From positions 2,695-66,694 of the forward strand of contig CAYTIB010000114.1 in the NCBI GenBank assembly GCA_964437725.1: a stretch of 64,000 nt of DNA, given 5' to 3'. Numbering within the stretch: position 1 is the stretch's first letter; each line of letters starts with the position of its first letter. The notes under the pieces were generated by a model. The model was given only the letters and a program-made list of their open reading frames with translations. It searched no databases and was not told the DNA's origin. This stretch comes from an uncultured bacterium. Lineage in GTDB: Bacteria; UBA8248; JACPRG01; G963555815. Of the stretch, positions 56,790 through 64,000 are shown piece by piece. The position numbers and the translations under genes were made by a program.

Positions 56790-58304
56790 TCACCTTCTAG
56801 GCCGATCCGTCGCAGGTTCTCGGTTGTCTCGCCGACTTATCCAGATGGAAGCGCCTGCAAGAATAGCCAGCCAGACCCAGCCCAAAGTAACTACCGCTGA
56901 CCATGGATAACCTCCGTAGGGTTTTTTTAGATCCTCGGACAAATTGAGCCCGATAATTAAAGCTAGGATAACTGGTACCAGGACCATTACACCGAAATCC
57001 CAACGGCGAGTCAGTTGAATGTTTTTGTCTTGGTTTAGATGATCCCGCACATACCGCGGCTTAAGAATATAGCCGACGAGAACAGCTTCTAAAATGCCAA
57101 CTACAACAAGTCCGTAGTTTGTAATGAACCGATCTACAATGTCCAACCAGAACAGGCCGCCCCCCGTTGTAAAGACCAAACTCAGCAGAAATCCAATGCT
57201 GCAGAGCATTGACACGGCACGACGGCGATTCATGTGGAATTTGTCCAAGAGTGCTGCTACAAATGCCTCGGTCAGCGAAATAGCTGAGCTCAGCCCCGCA
57301 AGGGCCAAGGCCAGGAAGAAGATCGCTCCAAAAAGAGGACGCAAAGCGGGAAGTTTGTTGATTGCCTCAGGGTAAGCAACAAAAGCTAATCCTACACTTT
57401 GTTTTACAACTTCGCCTACAGGTTTCCCAACCACGGCGGACATGTAGCCTAAGGTGGCGAAGATAGCAAATCCTGCAAATATCGCAAATAAGCTGTCCCC
57501 CAATCCAATTGCAAAGGAAGAGCGTCCGACCGGCTTATTTTTTGGGAGATAACTTGCGAAAGCAATCATGATGCCAAATCCGAGACTCATGCTAAAGAAG
57601 ATTTGTGCGTAAGCATCAATCCAGACTTTTGGACGTTTTAAGGCAGCAAAATCGGGGGTTAGGTACGCCCGGATTCCGGAACCGGCTCCTTCCAAAGTCA
57701 GACTCCAGAATACAAGGATTGCGATAAGTATGATCAGGACAGGCATGAATATTTTGTTGGCCAACTCTACCCCTCGACGCACTTCGCGTGAGGTGATTGC
57801 CCAGGTTGCTCCCCAAACTACAACAGTTCCGATAAGAATAGGCCAACGGAAACCACCCAATTCAGATGGTCCTGATGTTTGTCCAAGAAACTCCTGGCTG
57901 AAGAATGTTCCTGGATTCGGTCCCCAGCCTAAACTGAAGGCATACACAAAGTAATCAACAGTCCAGCCGATAACAACGCAGTAGTAGGGATTCACACCGA
58001 ACATTCCAATGAACAGTGCCCACCATCCCACCCATTCCCAACCTTTACCTGCTTTAGCAAGGGCCAGGGGTGCGCTTTTTCGGGTTCGGTGCCCTAGACC
58101 AAATTCAAGAAGTAACAGGGGAATGCCAACAGTGATCAAGGCAACCGCATAGGGGATTAAAAATGCGCCCCCGCCGTTGTTGTACGCCGTATAAGGGAAG
58201 CGCCAAATGTTTCCCAAACCTACTGCGGATCCCATAGCAGCCAGTATGAAACCCGAGCGGCTTCCCCAAGTATCACGGTTTGGCGGCTCGCTGAACTCTG
58301 GCAC
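56790..58304 (-). CDS. Neurotransmitter:sodium symporter (NSS/SNF) family transporter
   Basis: 504 aa, about 12 TM, with the N-terminal signature W.SR.GFILAA.GSAVGLGNIWRFPY. Confidence 0.9.
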   Translation of the reverse strand: MPEFSEPPNRDTWGSRSGFILAAMGSAVGLGNIWRFPYTAYNNGGGAFLIPYAVALITVGIPLLLLEFGLGHRTRKSAPLALAKAGKGWEWVGWWALFIGMFGVNPYYCVVIGWTVDYFVYAFSLGWGPNPGTFFSQEFLGQTSGPSELGGFRWPILIGTVVVWGATWAITSREVRRGVELANKIFMPVLIILIAILVFWSLTLEGAGSGIRAYLTPDFAALKRPKVWIDAYAQIFFSMSLGFGIMIAFASYLPKNKPVGRSSFAIGLGDSLFAIFAGFAIFATLGYMSAVVGKPVGEVVKQSVGLAFVAYPEAINKLPALRPLFGAIFFLALALAGLSSAISLTEAFVAALLDKFHMNRRRAVSMLCSIGFLLSLVFTTGGGLFWLDIVDRFITNYGLVVVGILEAVLVGYILKPRYVRDHLNQDKNIQLTRRWDFGVMVLVPVILALIIGLNLSEDLKKPYGGYPWSAVVTLGWVWLAILAGASIWISRRDNREPATDRPRR

Positions 58305-58607
58305 GGAGTTTCTCCTTCCTGTGGAGGAAATGGTGGTAATTTTATCATGATTTGTGGGGCATCTCGGGAGGGTTTTAACCTTTCATGCCGACATCTTGTA
58401 ATTTCTGCTCGGAACCCGCCCTGGTTGCAAGTGATAATGTGCTTATGAAATTGAGATATTTTTAATATTGGTTCTTTTGCATCTTCACTTCTGCGCTAGC
58501 CAAGAATGGGTACACAGAGGGTTCCGGTAAAGTCGTGAAGAAATGATATCCTGAGAACTCACTCCTTGTCGTGTGTTTCACTGGTGATAGCTGTAATCTA
58601 TTAAAAT

Positions 58608-59846
58608 TTAATCAGTAAATGTTTTATATGCAAACATCGTCAGTATTTGAGTAGCCTTAAGTAGTTGGTCTACAGAAATGCGTTCATTAGCCGTATGCGC
58701 CTCCGAGAAGTCCCCTGGGCCGAATACGACGGCCGGGATCCCGGCAGGAGGGAAGAGACGTGCATCTGTTCCAGCAACGTATCCCTGAGGTTTCTGCTTT
58801 GACCCGAGAATCTCAGAGGCGGAATTGAGAAGACGTTGAACATGTGGATTCTGGGGGTCTGTTTCAAAGTGGGGCATGCTCATCAATATTTCGACTTGCG
58901 CGTTAATTTCTAGGTCTTCAATCCGTAATTCGTTAATTATGGAGACAATCTCGTCCCGGATGGCCTCCGGCGTTTCGTCGGGGAGCATTCTTCGGTCCAT
59001 GATCATTTCGCAGTGGTCTGGGACCATATTTGGCTTTACGCCACCTTGGATGATCGCTACGTTTGCAACAGGGGAAGGTAGATAGGGATGACTTCGACGT
59101 TTTAAAGCGGGAAGGTAGTGTTTGTGAATTGCATTGATTATTAGACTCATTTTGTGAATCGAGTTAATTCCAGCATGATCAGCGATGCTACTGTGGGCTG
59201 ACTCCCCTTGAACGGTGATTTTGAAATGTGCTCCTCCCCTGTGTGCAATTACAATTCCGCACTCTGTTTGTTCACCGACAACGGCAAAATCGACATCATC
59301 CAGTAAGCCGGAATCGATAGCATGCTGTGTGCCAGCGGGATCGGCAGTTTCCTCGCAGGATGCAAAACACAAAACCAGATTTCCCCGCCACTCGTTTTTT
59401 CTTGCGGCTAGAATCTCGGCTACGCTTAACATCACCGCGATATCATTTTTGACGTCACAAGCCCCACGACCGTACACATAACCATTTTCTAGTGAACCGC
59501 CGAAGGGATCCTTTGTCCAATTCGCTGGATCACCAGGAGGAACTGTGTCGATGTGAGCGTGAAAACAGAGTGTAATGCCTGGCCCCTTCTTTCCACTTAG
59601 TCTACCTATAAAGTTTGGGCTCTCCTGACGTTGAGTTACCTCCATCACCTCAAAGCCCATGGCACGCATTCGGCGTGCACAATACTCTCCCATTTTCCGC
59701 TCAGAACCCGTGGGGCTTGGAATCCGAATGGTTTCTCTAAGAGTATTAACGAGAGAATCGACTTTAACCTCGTTGAGCCACACTTGAGCAGTATTCATAA
59801 CTTCGCCAATAGGGTTTTGGTAGGTTCGGAATTTATTGTCTTCCAT
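58608..59846 (-). CDS. M20-family metallopeptidase (ArgE/DapE/ACY1-like deacylase)
   Basis: 412 aa with HIDTVP, GRGACDVK, CEETA and a C-terminal H ligand region. Its first 19 nt lie inside the left 21-bp direct repeat. Confidence 0.8.
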   Translation of the reverse strand: MEDNKFRTYQNPIGEVMNTAQVWLNEVKVDSLVNTLRETIRIPSPTGSERKMGEYCARRMRAMGFEVMEVTQRQESPNFIGRLSGKKGPGITLCFHAHIDTVPPGDPANWTKDPFGGSLENGYVYGRGACDVKNDIAVMLSVAEILAARKNEWRGNLVLCFASCEETADPAGTQHAIDSGLLDDVDFAVVGEQTECGIVIAHRGGAHFKITVQGESAHSSIADHAGINSIHKMSLIINAIHKHYLPALKRRSHPYLPSPVANVAIIQGGVKPNMVPDHCEMIMDRRMLPDETPEAIRDEIVSIINELRIEDLEINAQVEILMSMPHFETDPQNPHVQRLLNSASEILGSKQKPQGYVAGTDARLFPPAGIPAVVFGPGDFSEAHTANERISVDQLLKATQILTMFAYKTFTD

Positions 59847-59848
59847 TA
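59828..59848. repeat. 21-bp perfect direct repeat, left copy (GGAATTTATTGTCTTCCATTA)
   Basis: Identical 21-mer to 62887-62907. It covers the ATG and the first codons (MEDNKF) of the M20 peptidase gene on the minus strand. Confidence 0.95.
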
Positions 59849-60301
59849 AGATGCATACTTCCTTACCCCCTTATATTACAGGGATTGACAGAGAAGGTAC
59901 AGGATCTACCTACACATCCATCCACCCACACCACGGAAAGAACCCCCTTGCTTCGCACCTATTTTGCTAGCTTTCAAAGCGTTTCCTGCGCCGTAGTAAT
60001 CTGCATATCTGGTGAATGTGTTCTTTACCATGGGCTCCTCCCTCAAGACTTCCGGAATTATTCTCTCGAAGAAAGTGAAAGGGGCCTACCTTGACATTCG
60101 TGAGACCGAAGGCCATATACAGCGCGATGTTTCTCGCGATCGCACGACATGCTTCCGGGCAATCGTAAGCACCCTATCCCGAGATAATTCTGAAAATTCC
60201 CGTCTCATCCAGGTGCGTGTGGAAAGAGGCGAAACGCCATGACGCGTCCGCTCGCCCTACTGGGCGCGCGGACGTTGTGACCCACTGAGGACTTCCATTT
60301 C

Positions 60302-61546
60302 ATGACCCACCGCTCCTTCATCGATCTCGGCGTGGCCGCGCCCCTTCGGCGTGCCCTGAAAACCGAGAACTATATCAACCCCACGCCGATCCAGGTACGA
60401 GCGATCCCGCTGCTTCTCGCCGAGAAAGACTTGATCGGCATTGCCCAGACCGGTACCGGCAAGACCGCGGCCTTCGCACTGCCGATCCTGCAGCAGCTCT
60501 CCGAGAGGCGCGAACGTGCCGTCCCCTGTGTTGCCCGTGCCCTCATTCTGTCGCCGACGCGCGAACTGGCACTCCAGATTGGAGACAGCTTAAAAACCTA
60601 CGGGCGACATCTTGGGCTTCGTCAGGCCGTCATAATGGGCGGTGTCGGGCAACATTCTCAGGTTCGGGCGCTTGCCCGCAGGGTCGACATCCTAATCGCC
60701 ACCCCAGGACGTTTGCTCGACCTGCTTAGTCAGGGCCACGTCCGACTCAACAAGGTGTCCTTTCTCGTTTTGGATGAAGCCGATCGCATGTTGGACATGG
60801 GCTTCATCCCGGATGTGCGAAAGATCATCGGAGCCCTGCCGAAGCAGCGTCAGTCGATGCTGTTTTCGGCGACGATGCCCCCGGATGTTGTGCATCTGGC
60901 CCGCGAGATCCTCCGTGAACCCGTTCGCGTCGAGGTCTCGCCGAAAACCGTGACCGTGGAACGGATCGACCAGAGAGTCTTCTTCGTCGGGAAAGGCAAC
61001 AAGCGCGCCCTGTTGGCCAGGTTGTTGTTGGACCCAGCGTTGGCCCGAGTCCTCGTCTTTACGCGCACCAAGCGCGGCGCCAACCGGGTGGCTGAGCAGC
61101 TCAGCAGAGCAGGCGTTGCGACTGAGGCGCTCCACGGCAACAAGTCCCAGAACGCTCGCCAGCTTGCCCTGAAGAAGTTCCGAACGGGTCGCTCGCGGGT
61201 CCTCGTCGCCACGGATGTTGCTTCGCGGGGGATCGACGTGGAGGACGTGACCCACGTTATCAACTACGAAGTTCCGGACCTGCCGGAGAGCTACGTCCAC
61301 CGTGTCGGCCGGACAGCCCGAGCAGGCGCTGAGGGCATCGCGCTCTCCTTCTGCGATCCGACTGAGCGCGCCTACCTCCGCAATATCGAGAGGCTGACGA
61401 AGCGCCCCATCGCCGTTGTCGAGAGTCGGCCGATTGATAACGAGAGCGGGTCCCCCCCGCGAGCCACGCCCTCGAGGCCGGCTCTGTCCGCTGCACCTAG
61501 ACGCCGCCGGCGCTCCCGAGGCGTTCAAGCGCGCCGAGCGGTGTGA
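60302..61546 (+). CDS. rhlE: DEAD-box ATP-dependent RNA helicase (RhlE-like)
   Basis: 414 aa with a Q-motif region, AQTGTGKT, PTRELA, DEAD, SAT, HRVGRTARAG and an Arg-rich C-terminal tail. Conspicuously GC-rich. Confidence 0.9.
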   Translation: MTHRSFIDLGVAAPLRRALKTENYINPTPIQVRAIPLLLAEKDLIGIAQTGTGKTAAFALPILQQLSERRERAVPCVARALILSPTRELALQIGDSLKTYGRHLGLRQAVIMGGVGQHSQVRALARRVDILIATPGRLLDLLSQGHVRLNKVSFLVLDEADRMLDMGFIPDVRKIIGALPKQRQSMLFSATMPPDVVHLAREILREPVRVEVSPKTVTVERIDQRVFFVGKGNKRALLARLLLDPALARVLVFTRTKRGANRVAEQLSRAGVATEALHGNKSQNARQLALKKFRTGRSRVLVATDVASRGIDVEDVTHVINYEVPDLPESYVHRVGRTARAGAEGIALSFCDPTERAYLRNIERLTKRPIAVVESRPIDNESGSPPRATPSRPALSAAPRRRRRSRGVQARRAV

Positions 61547-61571
61547 CCTGCCGGATTAGAGAGAGGTTTTC

Positions 61572-62660
61572 TTGACGGAACGAAAGATCGGATTTCCTGC
61601 CCGGGGCGAGTTCAACAGAACCGTGAGAAAGCGCGTGGAGCAGTATTTCACAGAGCACGGTTTTGCCAAGACGGGAAATTGGCGCATGCCGTTAAAAACG
61701 GCAATCATTCTACCATTGCTGCCGGCCTTTTATGTCCTCTTGGTGTTCTTTTCCTCATCGCCTCTCATGGCCGCGATCATAGCTTTCTGTATTGCGCAGG
61801 GGCTCGTGCTCATCGCTTTCAACATCATGCACGACAGCAACCACGGAAGCTATTCGAAAAGCGGCAAAATCAATCGCGTGTTGAGCTTCTCGATGGAGAT
61901 GATCGGAGGCAGCCATCTTCTGTGGCGGCAGAAGCACAACGTCCTGCATCACACCTACACCAATATCAATGAGATGGACAGTGACCTCCACACAGGCGGC
62001 CTGCTCCGTTTAAGCCCGGAGCAGGATTGGAGACCCTGGCATCGCCTTCAACACCTGTATGCTTTCCCGATCTACACCCTGTTGTCGCTGTCGTGGGTCA
62101 CCTACTCCGATTTCAGTAAGCTCTTTTCCGGCCGCATCGGACAATATCGGTTGCGCAAGGCGTCTCCTTCGGAAATGACCACGTTCTTTCTGGGCAAGGC
62201 TTCTTACTTCGGCTACACTCTCGTTCTGCCGCTCCTGTTCCATCCGGTCTTACACGTACTAATCGCATTTGTGGGAATCCATCTGCTGATGGGGTTTACG
62301 CTTTCCATCACCTTTCAACTGGCGCATACCTTGGAAGGGGCGACTTTTCCTAGGCCGGACACGGACACCGGCAGCATCGAAAACGAATGGGCCATTCATC
62401 AGGTCGAAACCACCGCAAACTTCGCACCGAAGAACAAGGTGGCCGTTTGGTATCTGGGAGGGTTGAATTACCAAATCGAGCACCATCTCTTTTCAGAAAT
62501 ATGCCATATTCATTACCCGGCAATCAGCGGAATCGTGAAGCAGACCTGCCGGGATTATTCCATCGACTATGTTAGCTATCCGACGCTCCGCTCCGCCATC
62601 GGCGCCCACTACCGATTTCTCAAAACACTCGGAAAAAGCCCCGCCCTTGTGCATCCTTAG
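61572..62660 (+). CDS. Membrane fatty-acid desaturase, front-end (DesD/delta-6-like) type without cytochrome b5 domain
   Basis: 362 aa with three His boxes, HDSNHG, HNVLHH and QIEHHLF. The Q in box 3 is typical of front-end desaturases. TTG start 26 nt after the helicase stop. Confidence 0.85.
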   Translation: MTERKIGFPARGEFNRTVRKRVEQYFTEHGFAKTGNWRMPLKTAIILPLLPAFYVLLVFFSSSPLMAAIIAFCIAQGLVLIAFNIMHDSNHGSYSKSGKINRVLSFSMEMIGGSHLLWRQKHNVLHHTYTNINEMDSDLHTGGLLRLSPEQDWRPWHRLQHLYAFPIYTLLSLSWVTYSDFSKLFSGRIGQYRLRKASPSEMTTFFLGKASYFGYTLVLPLLFHPVLHVLIAFVGIHLLMGFTLSITFQLAHTLEGATFPRPDTDTGSIENEWAIHQVETTANFAPKNKVAVWYLGGLNYQIEHHLFSEICHIHYPAISGIVKQTCRDYSIDYVSYPTLRSAIGAHYRFLKTLGKSPALVHP

Positions 62661-62886
62661 GGTATGGAAAAATGTAAAGGGATTCGCACTCCTGAATCTC
62701 TTCCAAAGTTCCTCATGGAAGTCAGGTAGATAACCCACACATTTACCCACACCCACCAGATACAAAACCGTCATATGACGTTTCTGGACGCTTTGGGGCA
62801 AAACCTAGCTAACTGCTCGATTGGGTATGGGGATACGGGGGATAAAGCCAGTGTTAGCAGGGTCTGACAGATACTCCGCAAAAGGG

Positions 62887-62907
62887 GGAATTTATTGTCT
62901 TCCATTA
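62887..62907. repeat. 21-bp perfect direct repeat, right copy (GGAATTTATTGTCTTCCATTA)
   Basis: Identical to 59828-59848. Here it is intergenic. On the minus strand it would start only a 44-codon ORF (MEDNKFPLLRS…). Confidence 0.95.
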
Positions 62908-63116
62908 TGACCTAATGGCATCGCCCTGTCTTTTGAGGTTGTAAACTTCCTTACTGTTCTCAAAGTTCATGGGCTGTTGACAGTCGATTCTGCCTGCTTC
63001 AAAAGCATATGGCTTGACGGCTTTATTTCAGCATGGTGAGATTGCCTATTCTACCTTCCGGGTAGATTTTACTTGAGTTTGCTAGCATTGAACTCTCACA
63101 GGTTGTCGAAAAGAAT

Positions 63117-64000
63117 ATGACTCGACGTATAGTTGGAATTCTCGGAATTGTGCTGCCGCTGTTTCTGCTATTACTGAATCCCCCACTAAAACTTCCTCCG
63201 CATGGTCTTAAGATTCTTGCCATGGTCATATTTGCGATTTGTTTTTTTGTTTCAGAGATTATTCCGCTCAGTGTAACCGGATTGTTGCTTCTCCTCTTTT
63301 TTACTCTGTCCGGCGTAGTCTCGCCAAGTGTGGCGTTCTCCGGGTTTACAACGCCTGCCCTTTGGTTGGTGTTCGCTGCCTATCTATTAGGAGGGGGAAT
63401 GCTTCAAACTGGGCTTGCTCGAAGAATGGCTTTTGCCATCGTGCGTGTGTTTGGCAATCGGTTTGATCGAATTGTCCAAGGATTTTGTTTAATTGGATTT
63501 ATCTTGAACTTTCTCATTCCTTCTGGAAACGCCCGTGTCGCCTTGCTCATTCCCATAGCACTGGAAATCCAGGATGCTTTTGGTCTAAAGCTCAAGTCTA
63601 GAGGTTCTGCTGCTCTGATTCTTGCAACGACTCTCTCTGCTTTTTTCCCGGGGTTTGCCCTGCTTACTGCGAACGTGCCGAATTTAGTGCACATTGGAGT
63701 CATTGAGTCAGTTGGAGGCCTAAACATTTCTTACGGCCTGTGGGCTTATTTACATCTTCCGGTCCTTGGCATTGCGCGGTTGGTGTTGATTTATGGGGTA
63801 GTTCGAATTTTTATCTGGCCCAAATCGCTACCTACTCTTCAGAGTGATTTTCTGTCTGGTTATAGCACTGATCGGCTAACTCTAAATGAGAAAAAGATGA
63901 TTGTTTTTCTTGTTATTGCGGTTGGACTTTGGGCGACAGATTTCTTGCACGGCGTCAAACCGGCTTGGGTTGGTTTATCGATTGCTCTAGTTGCTATGCT
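63117..64000 (+). CDS. DASS/SLC13-type (ArsB/NhaD permease superfamily) anion transporter, C-terminus beyond the window
   Basis: The frame is open from ATG 63117 to the window end, so it is absent from the ORF track because there is no stop. Hand translation gives MTRRIVGILGIVLPLFLLLL…LKILAMVIFAICFFVSEIIPLSVTGLL…PSGNARVALLIPIA…, typical of DASS-family permeases. Confidence 0.65.
   Translation, partial: MTRRIVGILGIVLPLFLLLLNPPLKLPPHGLKILAMVIFAICFFVSEIIPLSVTGLLLLLFFTLSGVVSPSVAFSGFTTPALWLVFAAYLLGGGMLQTGLARRMAFAIVRVFGNRFDRIVQGFCLIGFILNFLIPSGNARVALLIPIALEIQDAFGLKLKSRGSAALILATTLSAFFPGFALLTANVPNLVHIGVIESVGGLNISYGLWAYLHLPVLGIARLVLIYGVVRIFIWPKSLPTLQSDFLSGYSTDRLTLNEKKMIVFLVIAVGLWATDFLHGVKPAWVGLSIALVAM

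Larger units (their letters stand above)
59849..62886. other. Compositionally distinct segment bounded by the 21-bp direct repeats (candidate acquired island, or assembly artefact)
   Basis: The segment contains the helicase gene, where sampled 60-nt lines give about 58-77% GC, and the desaturase gene at about 52-55% GC. Flanking sequence is about 35-48% GC. Long antisense ORFs appear only here, as expected for GC-rich DNA. Confidence 0.5.

Noticed and set aside
60692-61528. Long antisense ORFs (278, 137 and 78 aa) opposite the DEAD-box helicase gene.
   Set aside because: They are Arg/Gly/Pro-rich with no recognisable family, and they overlap a gene with unambiguous helicase motifs. Stop-codon-poor antisense frames are the expected by-product of GC-rich DNA.
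59863-62845. Weak imperfect inverted motif near the inner ends of the repeat-bounded unit (TTACCCCCTTAT at about 59863-59874 against ATACGGGGGATAA at about 62833-62845).
   Set aside because: It is only about 10 of 12 matching positions with an indel, and the two copies sit at asymmetric distances (15 and 42 nt) from the direct repeats. That is not distinguishable from chance.
1-64000. Scan for CRISPR arrays, rRNA genes, IS elements/transposases, integrases, toxin-antitoxin pairs or known defence-system genes.
   Set aside because: I saw no regularly spaced repeats, no transposase, integrase or recombinase-like ORFs, and no nuclease/ATPase defence modules. The only tRNA (Asn) has no integrase or repeat next to it.

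Overview
The window is a bacterial chromosomal fragment of about 60 densely packed genes. GC content is in the mid-40s % judged by eye. Housekeeping genes include tRNA-Asn, trxB, nfo, engB, cobB-like, rsmI, sixA, proA, kbl, yebC, tsaC, rarA, thiL and selA-selB. They are interleaved with an unusually large set of amide- and N-heterocycle-processing enzymes and transporters. No CRISPR array, rRNA gene, transposase, integrase or phage genes are visible.

The points most worth a second look are these:

1. Two genes that the ORF track splits at in-frame TGA codons read through as UGA-recoded selenoproteins. One is AhpD/CMD-like with a C-K-Y-U redox motif (39410-40003). The other is iodothyronine-deiodinase-like with the signature T-U-P-P-F (52529-53212). 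Each has a SECIS-like hairpin with an AGUU-type apical loop about 10-20 nt downstream of the UGA. The second gene lies directly next to the selA-selB operon.

2. A 3,059-bp unit is bounded by perfect 21-bp direct repeats at 59828-59848 and 62887-62907. It carries a visibly GC-rich DEAD-box RNA helicase and a front-end fatty-acid desaturase, both classical cold-adaptation functions. One repeat copy overlaps the start codon of an M20 peptidase gene.

3. A minus-strand operon (15384-22868) encodes two EamA transporters, an orphan molybdenum-hydroxylase large subunit, an F420/LLM-type oxidoreductase and four tandem guanine-deaminase-like CDA-fold deaminases.

4. There are tandem divergent dihydroorotate-dehydrogenase-like paralogs with mixed class-1 and class-2 features.

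5. A four-gene cassette encodes two paralogous ferritin-like di-iron proteins plus two small acidic proteins.

6. An SdhA-like flavoprotein with altered catalytic motifs is paired with a 2Fe-2S-domain-only SdhB fragment.

All functional calls come from motif and family recognition by eye. No searches were run.
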